DNA of 64,000 bases from an uncultured Candidatus Rokubacteria bacterium (lineage in GTDB: Bacteria; Methylomirabilota; Methylomirabilia; Rokubacteriales; CSP1-6): NCBI GenBank assembly GCA_963762145.1, contig CAVXJS010000009.1, positions 96,001 through 160,000 of the forward strand. The letters run 5' to 3'. Each line of letters starts with the position of its first letter. Position 1 is the stretch's first letter. Shown one piece after another: positions 54,595-64,000 of the stretch. The position numbers and the translations under genes were made by a program. The notes under the pieces are model-generated. The model ran no database searches. It had not been told where the DNA came from and worked only from the letters and a program-made list of their open reading frames with translations.

Positions 54595-55716
54595 TCAGTC
54601 GACCCGAACGCGGTCGCCCGCGCTGACGCCGGCGACGATCTCGGTGGTGATCCCGTCCGAGAGACCCAGCTCGATGGCCCGGCTCTGAAAGACCCCCGGC
54701 GCGGTCTCGACGTTCACGTACGGGCGGCCCTCGCGGAACCGCACGCACCGCTCCGGGAGGGCCCAGACCCCCTCGCGCCGCGCGACGACCACTTCGGCGG
54801 TGGCGCTGTAGCCGGCCCGCACCACGCGGCCGGGTCGGAGTATCAGGGCGGCACGCACCTCGAAGGTGGTCACGCCGTCCTTGTCGGTGGCCTTCGGCGC
54901 GATGAAGTCGAGACGCCCGTCGAAGCGCTCGCCGGGGAGGGCCCCGATCGACACCGACGCCGGCATGCCAACCTGCACGCTCCCCGCGTCCGGCTCGTCC
55001 AGCTTGCCCCGGAAGATGAGATCGGACATGTCGGCGATCGAGACGATCGTCGTTCCCTCGTTAAAGGTGTTGCTCTCGATCACGAAGGCCCCGATCTCGA
55101 CCGGCCGTTCCAGGATCGTGCCGTGCACGGTCGCCCGGACCTCTGACGCGCTACGCCCCAGCGCGGTCGAAGCGCCGGTCTGCACGATCTCCAGGCGCCG
55201 TCGGGCCGCGGTCAGGCGCTGCTCGGCCAGACGGAGCTCCGTCTCCAGCTTCTCGAACTCGGCGCGCGCCACCAGGTGCCGGCTGAACAGCCCCTCCACT
55301 CGCCTGAACTCCTGCTGCGCCTGGGCGTGGCTGATGCGCGCGCCGTCCACCTCGGCCTCGGCCGCGTTCACGTTGGCCGGATTGGGCAGCGGACGGATGA
55401 CCGCGAGCAGGTCGCCGGTCCGCACGGTGTCCCCGCGCGCCACCAGCACCTGTTCGATCACGCCGGAGATCTGGGGCTTGACGTTGACCTCCTTGCGCGG
55501 CGAGATCGTGCCGTTGGCGACGACGGTTCGACGGATCGTGGCCTGGAACGGCTGGATCGTCCGGTACTCCGTCGCCGACCGAGTCGTTCTCGGGTAGAGG
55601 AGATAGCCGGCCGCGGCCAGGAGCCCGAGGAGGAGCGACGTCGCGAGCACCGTCGCCCCGAGCCGTCGCGCCCGCCGCCCCCTCCCGTCGCCGCCGGAGG
55701 GCGTCTCTTCACTCAT
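54595..55716 (-). CDS. MacA-like periplasmic adaptor subunit
   Basis: TM anchor, VKPQISG, helical hairpin, IADMSDL and GLSDG. Confidence 0.9.
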   Translation of the reverse strand: MSEETPSGGDGRGRRARRLGATVLATSLLLGLLAAAGYLLYPRTTRSATEYRTIQPFQATIRRTVVANGTISPRKEVNVKPQISGVIEQVLVARGDTVRTGDLLAVIRPLPNPANVNAAEAEVDGARISHAQAQQEFRRVEGLFSRHLVARAEFEKLETELRLAEQRLTAARRRLEIVQTGASTALGRSASEVRATVHGTILERPVEIGAFVIESNTFNEGTTIVSIADMSDLIFRGKLDEPDAGSVQVGMPASVSIGALPGERFDGRLDFIAPKATDKDGVTTFEVRAALILRPGRVVRAGYSATAEVVVARREGVWALPERCVRFREGRPYVNVETAPGVFQSRAIELGLSDGITTEIVAGVSAGDRVRVD

Positions 55717-56932
55717 GCCGCAGGGCCTCGACGGGGTCGACGCGCGCCGCCTGTCGCGCCGGGATGAGCCCGGCGATGACGCCGCCCGCGACCAGGACCA
55801 GCAAGGCGGTCCCGGCCCCCAGCAGATCGACCTCCGGATCGCGGAAGTACTCGGCCCGAAGTCCCGATCGCCGGACTATCTCGATCACGCCGATTCCGCT
55901 CACGAGGCCCGCGAATCCCGAGGCGATGGTGATCACCAGGGACTCGTGGAGGATCATCACCAGGATCGCTCGAGACGTGGCCCCCACCGCCTTGCGCAGA
56001 CCGATCTCCCGCGTCCGCTCGCGAACGGTGATGATCATGATGTTGCCCACGCCGACGAGCCCCGCGAACAAGGTTCCCACTCCCACGATCGCGCCGAAGA
56101 CCGAGATGCCGTTGAACACGGCCCGGAACTTCTTGTACTCCTCCAGGTTGTTGAAGATCGAGAGCGCAGCGCGGTCGGACGCTTCGAAGCGGTGCCGGGC
56201 CGCCAGCGTGGCGCGGATCTGCGACTCGAGGGCGACCCCGTCGGTGTCTCCGGGAACCGTGAAGGTGATGATGTCGAGGAGACGGTCCTGGCCGAACGAC
56301 CGCTGATACGCCGGATAGGGAACGTAGATCCGGCGGAGCTCCCTTTCCCCGCCCGTATCGGTGAACGTGCCGACGACCAGGTACCCGGCGCCCGCCACGT
56401 CGATGCGCTCGCCCAGGGGATCTCGCGCCCCGAAGAGCAGCTCGACGACCCGCGTGCCGATGACCGCGACCCGTCGGGCCTCCTGCACGTCACGCCAGTT
56501 GATGAGACGCCCCTCGATCAGGATGGTGCGCTCGATGACGTGGTAGCCGGGATGAATGCCCAGGATCTCGAACGCATGACTCTTGCGCCCGACCGTGACC
56601 GGCCGGTCGGAATTCCGCCGCGGGGTCACGTTGTCGATGGTGGGGAGCGCTCTCCCGACCGCGTGCAGGTCGTCGATCGTGAGCTTGATCGGCCGTCCGG
56701 GGACGAGCCCCTGATAGGGGACCGAGGCATGACCACCGTAGATCCAGATGCTGTTGAAGGCGTCGTCGCGGAAGATCTCGAACACGCCCCGCTCCATGCC
56801 CTTCCCGACGCCGAGGAGGAGCACCATCATGAAGACCCCCCAGAACACGCCGAGCGCGGTGAGGCCGGTGCGCAGCTTGTGCCGCGAGAGGCTGACTGCG
56901 ACCAGGCGCCAGTGATCGGCGAGTCGCATCAC
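55709..56932 (-). CDS. MacB-like ABC permease (no ATPase domain)
   Basis: HKLRTGLT.LGV.WG, GVGNIM..TVRERTREIGLRKAVGA and PVEALRHE. Confidence 0.92.
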   Translation of the reverse strand: MMRLADHWRLVAVSLSRHKLRTGLTALGVFWGVFMMVLLLGVGKGMERGVFEIFRDDAFNSIWIYGGHASVPYQGLVPGRPIKLTIDDLHAVGRALPTIDNVTPRRNSDRPVTVGRKSHAFEILGIHPGYHVIERTILIEGRLINWRDVQEARRVAVIGTRVVELLFGARDPLGERIDVAGAGYLVVGTFTDTGGERELRRIYVPYPAYQRSFGQDRLLDIITFTVPGDTDGVALESQIRATLAARHRFEASDRAALSIFNNLEEYKKFRAVFNGISVFGAIVGVGTLFAGLVGVGNIMIITVRERTREIGLRKAVGATSRAILVMILHESLVITIASGFAGLVSGIGVIEIVRRSGLRAEYFRDPEVDLLGAGTALLVLVAGGVIAGLIPARQAARVDPVEALRHE

Positions 56933-57090
56933 TCAGTGGGTGGCCATGACCGCGGTAGGATTCTACACCGCCCCGGCCTTGTCAAAGGTCCCGGGGGGGG
57001 GGCGCCCCGGGCTTTTCCAGGGGATCCCCCTGAGCCGTCCCTTCGGGTATACTCCCCGGGTATCCTCCCCCAAGAGAAAGGAGCCCCCCA

Positions 57091-58278
57091 ATGAGAGAGG
57101 CTGTCGTCGTCGCCAGCTCCCGCACCCCGCTCGCCAAGTCCCATCGCGGGTCGTTCAACATCACCCGCCCGGATGATCTGGCCGCCCACTGCATCAAGGA
57201 CGTGCTCGGCAAGGCCCCGCAGCTCGACATCGCCGAGATCGAGGACGTCATCATGGGCTGCGCCCAGCCCAACGGTCCGCAGGGCAGCAACGTCGCCCGC
57301 GTGGCCCTGATCCGCGCGGGGCTGCCGGTCTCGGTCGCGGGCACGACGGTGAACCGCTTCTGCTCGTCGGGGCTGCAGGCCATCGCGATGGCCGCCCACC
57401 AGATCATCCTGGGCGGCGCGGACGCGGCGATCGGCGGCGGTCTCGAGTCGATCAGCATGATGAAGCGCGACGGGGATCCGAACCCGTGGGTGAAGGAGAA
57501 GAAGCCCGGCATCTACATGGTGATGGGCGACACCGCGGAGGTGGTGGCCAAGCGCTACAACGTCACCCGCCAGATGCAGGACGAGTACTCCCTGGTGAGC
57601 CAGCAGCGCACCGCGCGGGCCCAGCAGGAGGGCTTCTTCAAGGAAGAGATCGCGCCGATGCAGGTCGTGCGCGGCATCGTCGACAAGAAGACCGGCGAGA
57701 TCACCGGCAAGGAAGACGGCTACGTGGAGAAGGACGAGTGCAACCGTCCCGACACCACGCTCGAAGGCCTGCTGTCGCTCCAGCCGCACTTCGACAAGAC
57801 GAGCGGCAAGGGCAGCGTCACCGCGGGCAACTCCTCGCAGCTCTCGGACGGGGCCTCCGCCACGCTCCTGATGTCGGCGGACCGCGCCAAGGCGCTCGGC
57901 ATCAAGCCCAAGCTCATCTTCCGCGGCTTCGCGGTCGCGGGCTGCGAGCCGGACGAGATGGGGATCGGGCCGGTCTACGCGATCCCGAAGCTGCTCAAGC
58001 GCAACGGCCTCAAGATGGACGACATCGACATGTGGGAGCTGAACGAAGCCTTCGCCTCGCAGGTTGTCTACTGCCGCGACAAGCTGGGCATCCCGATGGA
58101 GAAGCTCAACCTGAACGGCGGCTCGATCTCGATCGGCCACCCGTTCGGGATGACCGGCTCGCGCATGGTCGGCACCATCGCCAACGAGATGCTGCGCCGC
58201 AAGGCGAAGTACGGCGTGGTGACGATGTGCATCGGCGGCGGTCAGGGCGCCGCGGGCCTCTTCGAGTCCTGTCTCTAG
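57091..58278 (+). CDS. Acetyl-CoA C-acyltransferase (thiolase)
   Basis: NRFCSSG, NEAFA, GHPFG and MCIGGGQG. Confidence 0.96.
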   Translation: MREAVVVASSRTPLAKSHRGSFNITRPDDLAAHCIKDVLGKAPQLDIAEIEDVIMGCAQPNGPQGSNVARVALIRAGLPVSVAGTTVNRFCSSGLQAIAMAAHQIILGGADAAIGGGLESISMMKRDGDPNPWVKEKKPGIYMVMGDTAEVVAKRYNVTRQMQDEYSLVSQQRTARAQQEGFFKEEIAPMQVVRGIVDKKTGEITGKEDGYVEKDECNRPDTTLEGLLSLQPHFDKTSGKGSVTAGNSSQLSDGASATLLMSADRAKALGIKPKLIFRGFAVAGCEPDEMGIGPVYAIPKLLKRNGLKMDDIDMWELNEAFASQVVYCRDKLGIPMEKLNLNGGSISIGHPFGMTGSRMVGTIANEMLRRKAKYGVVTMCIGGGQGAAGLFESCL

Positions 58279-58297
58279 TCTCCCCGCCGTGAATCCG

Positions 58298-58378
58298 CCC
58301 CTCACCCTGCCCTCTCCCCTCCGGGGCGAGGGTGGAGGACAACCCTCTCCCCCCTGGGGAGAGGGCAGGGTGAGGGGG
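58298..58378. repeat. Inverted pair of CCCTCACCC-type REP-like units
   Basis: CCCCTCACCCTGCCCTCTCCCC...GGGGAGAGGGCAGGGTGAGGGG. Confidence 0.8.
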
Positions 58379-58392
58379 ATGTCTCCCCTCAG

Positions 58393-59556
58393 GTGACCGA
58401 CATGCCCTACGACTTCGACCGCGTCATCGAGCGCCGCGCCACCGCCAGCAACAAGTGGCGGAAGTATCCCGCCGACGTGCTCCCGCTCTGGGTCGCGGAC
58501 ATGGACTTCGCCTCGCCGGAGCCGGTGATCCGCGCGCTGCGCGAGCGGGTCGAGCACGGCGTGTACGGCTACGGCTTCGAGGAGCCGGAGTTCGCTCAGG
58601 TCTTCGTGGACCGCCTGCAGAAGCGCTACGGCTGGACGGTGTCACCCGAGGCGGTCGTCATGATCGCGGGCGTGATCCCCGGCTTCAACGTGGCCTGCCG
58701 CGCGCTCACCCGGCCGGGCGACGGGCTCCTCATGCAGGTGCCGGTCTATCCCCCGATCCTCCGCTCGCCGGGCAATCACGAGCTGACGCGCGACGACGTC
58801 CCGCTCGCCCGCGATCGCGACGGCCGCTACGCCCCGGATCTGGACGCGTTCCGCGCCGCCATCCACGCCCGCACGCGCGCGTTCCTGCTCTGCAACCCGC
58901 ACAACCCGGTGGGTCGCGTCTTCACGAGAGAAGAGCTCGCGGGCATGGCTCGGATCTGCGTCGAGCGCGACCTGGCGATCATCGCGGACGAGATCCACTG
59001 CGACCTGCTCTACCAGGGTCAGCGCCACGTCCCGATGGCCTCTCTCGGCCCCGAGATCGAGCAGCGCACGATCACGCTGATGGCGCCCAGCAAGACGTTC
59101 AACCTCGCCGGGCTCAAGGTCTCGGTGGCGGTCATCCCGAACGCTCCGCTGCGCGAGCGCTTCATGGCCGCGCGCGGCGACTACGTGCAGACCCAGGTCA
59201 ACGTGCTCGGCTACGCGGCGGCCTTCGCGGCGTACCGGGACGGCGACGCGTGGCTCGGCGAGCTGATGCGCTACCTCGAGGCCAACCGGGACTACCTGAC
59301 CGACTACGTGAGCCGCCACCTGCCCGGCGTCACCATGCCGTCGCCGGAAGGCACGTACCTCGCCTGGCTCGATTGCCGGGGCACGCGCGCCGCGGCGGAC
59401 CCCTTCACGTTCTTTCTCGAGCGCGCGAAGGTGGCGTTCAACGACGGAGCGCTCTTCGGCCCGGGGGGCCAGGGCTTCGTCCGCCTCAACTTCGGCTCGC
59501 CCCGGTCCATCCTGACCGAGGGGCTGGAGCGGATGCGCCGGGCCCTCGCCGGCTGA
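58393..59556 (+). CDS. MalY/PatB PLP-dependent C-S lyase
   Basis: LPLWVADMDF, LCNPHNPVGR, DEIH, APSKTFNLAGL and GTYLAWLD. Confidence 0.94.
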   Translation: MTDMPYDFDRVIERRATASNKWRKYPADVLPLWVADMDFASPEPVIRALRERVEHGVYGYGFEEPEFAQVFVDRLQKRYGWTVSPEAVVMIAGVIPGFNVACRALTRPGDGLLMQVPVYPPILRSPGNHELTRDDVPLARDRDGRYAPDLDAFRAAIHARTRAFLLCNPHNPVGRVFTREELAGMARICVERDLAIIADEIHCDLLYQGQRHVPMASLGPEIEQRTITLMAPSKTFNLAGLKVSVAVIPNAPLRERFMAARGDYVQTQVNVLGYAAAFAAYRDGDAWLGELMRYLEANRDYLTDYVSRHLPGVTMPSPEGTYLAWLDCRGTRAAADPFTFFLERAKVAFNDGALFGPGGQGFVRLNFGSPRSILTEGLERMRRALAG

Positions 59557-59709
59557 GCCTCGACGGGCCTTAGACGGGGCCCGCCCCGCAGTCGTTTACA
59601 CGCCTCCTCGCCCGGATCTGACCGTCGTTCCTACCCGAATGTCCTCCGGATGGCCCTCGTCTGACTGCATGTAACCAGACCTCACCGGCCCGGCGGCCAG
59701 GAGAACGCG

Positions 59710-60021
59710 ATGCGTGGCAGGCGAAGCGTGACGGCAGTGGCGGCGACCGTGCTGGGCGTGGGGCTGTGCGCGGGTTGCGCCACCGCGCCCGCGGGCCCGA
59801 GCGTGATGGTCCTGCCGGGCGCCGGCCGGCCCTTCGATCAGTTCCAGGCCGACGTGAGCGTCTGCCGCGACTGGGCCGCGCAGCAGGTGAAGGGCGCCTT
59901 CATGGACGCGCCGTCGTTCGAGGTGCAGCGCCGCTACGACAACGCCTACATCCAGTGCATGTACGCCAAGGGGCATCAGGTCCCGGGATTCGACCTCCCC
60001 GCCCGGACGCCCCCCAGGTAA
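59710..60021 (+). CDS. Small lipoprotein
   Basis: Lipobox-like CAGC; GPSVMVLPG...FDQFQAD..C...QRRYDNAYIQCMYAKG; AGGAG ribosome-binding site. Confidence 0.75.
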   Translation: MRGRRSVTAVAATVLGVGLCAGCATAPAGPSVMVLPGAGRPFDQFQADVSVCRDWAAQQVKGAFMDAPSFEVQRRYDNAYIQCMYAKGHQVPGFDLPARTPPR

Positions 60022-60043
60022 CGCCCGAGTGACGGAGGCCACC

Positions 60044-62287
60044 ATGAGCCACACCTTCAAGCGACTGATCGCCAGCCTCCTGGCGTTGATGCTCTTCGTG
60101 GGGGCCGCGCCGCTGGCGCGTGCCGCCTCGCCCGCTCCTCCCGCACCGCCCGCGCCGCCGGCCGCCTCCGGGCCAGCAGATGGCGAGGCCGACGACAGCC
60201 AGAACCCGGCGCCGACGCCGCCCCGGCTCAGCTACACCAACGGTGACGTCTCGTTCTGGCGCCCCGGCGGCGAGGACTGGGCGCCGGCGCAGGTGAACAC
60301 CCCGCTGGCCCCCGGCGACCAGCTCTATACCGGCAATCGCGGCAACCTCGAGGTGCAGATCGACTCCCGGAGCTTCGTGCGGGCCTGGGGCGACAGCCAG
60401 CTCGGCCTCGAGAACCACGAGCCCGATTTCCTCCAGATCAAGGTGGCGGCCGGCCACGTCTCGCTCGACCTACGCGCGCTGGAGGGCGGGCGCACGGTGG
60501 AGCTCGACACGCCGGCCGCCGCGTTCACCATCGACCGGCCGGGCTACTACCGGGTGGACGTGGCCCCCGATCGCACGTCGTTCGTCACCCGGCGCGGCGG
60601 CACCGCGAGCATGACGCCGGGCGGCGGCGAAGCGGTCCGCATCGCGGCGAGCGAGCAGGTGGTGTTGACCGGCACCGGCCCCTCCGCCGTCCAGACCTTC
60701 GTCGCGCCCGAGCAGGACGTGTGGGACCGCTGGAACTACGCGCGCACCGAGGCCCTCGTGGACACCGTGAGCGCGCGCTACGTGCCGCCGACGGTCTCCG
60801 GCGTGGACGATCTCGACCAGCACGGCAACTGGCGCGTGGTGCCGGAGTACGGCTCGGTGTGGGTGCCGGAAGGCGTCGGGACCGACTGGTCCCCCTACAC
60901 CACCGGCCGCTGGGTCTGGGACCCGCGCTTCGGGTGGAGCTGGGTGGACACGGCCCCCTGGGGCTGGGCGCCCTATCACTACGGCCGCTGGGTCCACCTC
61001 GACCGCGTCTGGGCCTGGGCACCCGGGCCCGTGGTGGTGCGCCCGGTCTACGCGCCGGCGCTCGTGGCCTTCTTCGGGGCGCCCGGCGTGCGGGTCGCCA
61101 TCGGCGCGCCCTTCGTGAGCTGGGTCGCGCTCGGCTGGGGCGAGCCGTGCGTGCCGTGGTGGGGCCGCCCGGGCTTCGTCGGCCGTCCCTGGTGGGGCGG
61201 CTGGGGCGGGCCGCGTGTGGTCAACAACGTGGTCGTCAACCGCACCACGGTGGTGAACGTGACCAACATCAACGTGTACCGGAACGTCAACGTGCGCAAC
61301 GCGGTGGTCGCGGTGCGGCCGGATCGCTTCGGACGCGGGCCGGTCGGTGAGGCACGCATCCGTCAGGTGGACACCCGGCAGCTCGAGCCGGTACGCGGCG
61401 CGGTGGACGTCCGGCCGGATCGCGCGAGCTTCGCCGCGGCGAGCGGCCGCGGCATCCGTCCCCCGGAGAACGTGCTGGATCGGGGCGTCGTCGCGACACG
61501 GCCGCCGATAACCCGGGCCCTGCCGCGCGAGCCGGAAGGCCGCGGACCGGCGCCTCGCATCGTGGCGGCGCCCAGGCCCAGCGAGGTGGGTGACGCGCGG
61601 CCGCCGCTCGGCCAGAGCCGGCTCGAGCGCGCCCGCCCGCCGCGGGCGCCACGCTTCGAGAGCGACCAGCGTCCGGGCGCCACGCCGCCCGCGGCCCGTC
61701 GAGAGGATGCGGCGGGGCCGGAGCGGGGACGCCGGCCCGACGCCCAGCGGGTTCCGGAACCGCAGCGGACGCCCGACTCACCGCGAGGCCCAGAGCCGCC
61801 GCGCGGGCCGGAGGTGCCGCGTGCGCCGGAGCTCCAGCGCGTGCCGCAGCGGCAGTCGACGCCACCGGTGCAGCCGACTCCGCAGGCCCAGCCGACACCG
61901 CAGGTCCAGCGCCCGCCGGACACACCGCGCGAGCGCCGCGCGCCGGCGGACGTCCCGGGGCGCTCGCGACGCGAGACGCCGGATCAGCCTCGCTCCGCCG
62001 AGCGGCCCGCGGCGCCCGCGCCATCGCCGCGTCAGGCGGAGCGGCCTGCGGCTCCGGCCCCGCAGCCGCGCCAGGTGGAGCGGCCCACCGCGCCGCAGCC
62101 GCGCACCGAGGCGCCGCGCCCGCAGCAACGGGGACTGCCCGGTGAGCCGGCGAACCGGCTCTATCCCGGTGGCCGTGTGGAAGCCCCCGCGCGCCGCGGG
62201 CCCGAGTCGCACCCGATGGCCCGTCCGCGCCCGACCCAGGAGCGCGGGGGCGGCCGGGAGCGGGGGCCGGCGCGCGAGCACCGCTAG
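60044..62287 (+). CDS. Exported FecR/DUF6600-like protein with a Pro/Arg-rich tail
   Basis: Signal peptide, RLSY..GDVSF, LDQHGNW, WGWAPYHYGRW and a low-complexity C-terminus. Confidence 0.85.
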   Translation: MSHTFKRLIASLLALMLFVGAAPLARAASPAPPAPPAPPAASGPADGEADDSQNPAPTPPRLSYTNGDVSFWRPGGEDWAPAQVNTPLAPGDQLYTGNRGNLEVQIDSRSFVRAWGDSQLGLENHEPDFLQIKVAAGHVSLDLRALEGGRTVELDTPAAAFTIDRPGYYRVDVAPDRTSFVTRRGGTASMTPGGGEAVRIAASEQVVLTGTGPSAVQTFVAPEQDVWDRWNYARTEALVDTVSARYVPPTVSGVDDLDQHGNWRVVPEYGSVWVPEGVGTDWSPYTTGRWVWDPRFGWSWVDTAPWGWAPYHYGRWVHLDRVWAWAPGPVVVRPVYAPALVAFFGAPGVRVAIGAPFVSWVALGWGEPCVPWWGRPGFVGRPWWGGWGGPRVVNNVVVNRTTVVNVTNINVYRNVNVRNAVVAVRPDRFGRGPVGEARIRQVDTRQLEPVRGAVDVRPDRASFAAASGRGIRPPENVLDRGVVATRPPITRALPREPEGRGPAPRIVAAPRPSEVGDARPPLGQSRLERARPPRAPRFESDQRPGATPPAARREDAAGPERGRRPDAQRVPEPQRTPDSPRGPEPPRGPEVPRAPELQRVPQRQSTPPVQPTPQAQPTPQVQRPPDTPRERRAPADVPGRSRRETPDQPRSAERPAAPAPSPRQAERPAAPAPQPRQVERPTAPQPRTEAPRPQQRGLPGEPANRLYPGGRVEAPARRGPESHPMARPRPTQERGGGRERGPAREHR

Positions 62288-62301
62288 ACCCGCCGGGTTC
62301 C

Positions 62302-62814
62302 TCAGGGATAGACGGGCCGCAGGTCCACCGTCCGCAGGGCGGGCGACGGCGCATGGTCGATCGCGCCCGCCGGCAGGATGTGAACGACCCGCCAGCCCCG
62401 GACGAGGAGCGCGTCCGAGAGCAGCCCGCGGTGGCACCGGGACGGCTCCGCCTCCGCGCACATGATCGCGGTCGCGCCCGCCGCCGCCAGCGCCTCCAAC
62501 CCCTCGAGCCCGCGCCGGAACTCGTCGGTCTGCATGTGATCGGCGTAGCCGCGGAACCCCGCGCTCCGCAGCCCCAGGTTCACCGAGTCCGGCCGCGGCC
62601 GGCGGAGGCCACCGAGCGCCGGGAGATGCGCATACCCGATCCCGATCGCCTCGAGACACGCCGCGAGCGCCTCGCGGGCGAACTGAGGGTTGTGCCGCGA
62701 GTGGGGCAGGCTGCGGACGTCGGCGAGGGTCACGATCTGGTGCGAGCGCAAGAGGGTGGTGAAAGCATCTGCGGAGTGCGTCGAGTGCCCGATGGTGTGG
62801 AGCGTACGGATCAT
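62302..62814 (-). CDS. DUF488 family protein
   Basis: TIGHS, DVRSLPHSRHNPQF, ALGG and MCAE..P.RCHR. Confidence 0.9.
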   Translation of the reverse strand: MIRTLHTIGHSTHSADAFTTLLRSHQIVTLADVRSLPHSRHNPQFAREALAACLEAIGIGYAHLPALGGLRRPRPDSVNLGLRSAGFRGYADHMQTDEFRRGLEGLEALAAAGATAIMCAEAEPSRCHRGLLSDALLVRGWRVVHILPAGAIDHAPSPALRTVDLRPVYP

Positions 62815-62853
62815 GACTGTGAAGAGTAGCGCAGCGTCGGGTCCACGTGAAAC

Positions 62854-62889
62854 CGGCCGGGCACGGGAGCTGGTCCCCGTGCCCGGCCG
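62854..62889 (-). terminator. Strong hairpin, probable terminator after degQ
   Basis: 14-bp stem CGGCCGGGCACGGG/CCCGTGCCCGGCCG; only a short GTTTC tail. Confidence 0.55.
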
Positions 62890-62908
62890 TGGAACGGTGT
62901 GGCCCGGG

Positions 62909-64000
62909 CTACGACGCCATGGCCACGTAGAGGCTGGAGCCGTCGCGCGTGATCATGACGACCAGCGGGGCGCCCTTGGGGTGCTTCTCCATCGCCTGCT
63001 TCATCTCGGCCGCGTCGGCCACCGCCTTGTGGTTCACCTCGGTGATGACGTCACCCGGCCGGACGCCCGCGTTCTCCGCCGGGCTGCCGCTGCGCACCCC
63101 GCGCACCAGCACGCCGCGAGGCTCGGACAGCTTGAGGTTCCTGGCCATGCTCGGGGTCACCGTCTCGACCGTGAGGCCGAGCCGGCCCTTCTCCTCCTCG
63201 GCCTGCGCCACCACCGGCTGGCCGGGCTCGTCCATCTGCGCGATCGTGACGTTGAGCCCGACCGTCTTGCCCTCGCGGACCACGGTGACGGGAACCTGAC
63301 GGCCTACCTTGGTGGCGGCCACCAGCTTGGGAAGATCCGCCGACGTCCCGACCTTCTGGCCGTCGTACTGCGTGATGACGTCGCCGGCCTTGATGCCCGC
63401 CTGCGCGGCGGGCGACTTGTCCTGCACGCCGGACACCAGGGCGCCGGTGCCCTCCGCCACGTTGAAGCCCTTCGCGAGCTCGGCCGTCATCGGCTGGATG
63501 CTCACGCCGAGCCAGCCCCGCGTCACCTTGCCCGACGCGACGAGCTGGGTCACGACGGTCTTGGCCTGGTTGGCCGGAATGGCGAAGCCGATGCCCACCG
63601 AGCCGCCGGACTGGCTGAAGATGGCGGCGTTGATGCCGACCGCCTGGCCGCGCGCGTTGATGAGCGGGCCGCCGCTATTGCCGGGATTGATCGACGCGTC
63701 GGTCTGGATGAAGTCGTCGTACGGGCCCTGGCCGATGACGCGACCGGTGGCGCTGACGATGCCGGTGGTCACGGTCCGCTCGAGACCGAACGGGTTGCCG
63801 ATGGCCATCACCTGCTCGCCGACCTGGAGCTGGGCCGAATCGCCCAGCGGGATCACGGGCAGCCCGGTCGCCTCGACCTTGAGCAGCGCGAGGTCGGTCT
63901 TGGGGTCGCGTCCGACCATCGTCGCCGACAGCTCGCGGCCGTCGTCGATCTTGACCCGGATGTCGGTGGCGCCCTCCACCACGTGGTTGTTGGTCACGAT
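62909..64000 (-). CDS. DegP/DegQ (HtrA) serine protease with two PDZ domains (partial, starts beyond the window)
   Basis: TNNHVV, DLALL, GNPFG, IQTDASINPGNSGGPL and RGWLGV. Confidence 0.96.
   Translation of the reverse strand: MVTNNHVVEGATDIRVKIDDGRELSATMVGRDPKTDLALLKVEATGLPVIPLGDSAQLQVGEQVMAIGNPFGLERTVTTGIVSATGRVIGQGPYDDFIQTDASINPGNSGGPLINARGQAVGINAAIFSQSGGSVGIGFAIPANQAKTVVTQLVASGKVTRGWLGVSIQPMTAELAKGFNVAEGTGALVSGVQDKSPAAQAGIKAGDVITQYDGQKVGTSADLPKLVAATKVGRQVPVTVVREGKTVGLNVTIAQMDEPGQPVVAQAEEEKGRLGLTVETVTPSMARNLKLSEPRGVLVRGVRSGSPAENAGVRPGDVITEVNHKAVADAAEMKQAMEKHPKGAPLVVMITRDGSSLYVAMAS

Noticed and set aside
56960-56985. Minus-strand TTGACA...TAGAAT promoter for the MacB-like gene
   Set aside because: The spacer is only 14 bp as assembled, so it is not supported unless bases are missing.

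Overview
Very GC-rich bacterial chromosome segment. Gene content and style suggest Ca. Rokubacteria/Methylomirabilota; this is an inference and was not checked by a search. Many clearly recognisable genes are split by 1-nt indels, which is most consistent with long-read consensus errors. Left to right the window holds: (1) a class V aminotransferase-histidine phosphatase-hisZ-purA-NtrC-like operon; (2) a secreted phosphatase/DUF6152/membrane-protein trio; (3) a long minus-strand dcw cluster (mraZ to ftsZ, then pgeF-yggS-proC-yggT-divIVA-yggU-mtnA-SagB-like) that lacks murG and ddl; (4) an M48 peptidase, an orphan pseudopilin, and an amidase with a peptide ABC transporter; (5) an accessory island at 36.4-42.7 kb; (6) sodC, a fused indolepyruvate:ferredoxin oxidoreductase, tesA/TIGR03790/ybbAP/RluA, an SDR, a zinc-less Fpg, a MacAB-like pair, thiolase, PatB, a DUF6600 protein, DUF488 and DegQ. 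The island is the best candidate for an undescribed system. It encodes a 1370-aa sigma54 activator fused to a degenerate class III cyclase, a STAND ATPase and TPRs. This gene is divergent from a Ros/MucR zinc-finger gene whose upstream region reads as a -24/-12 promoter, an IHF site and a dyad enhancer. Convergent with it are an ATP-grasp ligase and a very basic 69-aa protein preceded by a triplicated ribosome-binding site. Three families of small structured interspersed repeats are also visible. No rRNA, tRNA, CRISPR array or transposase was seen.
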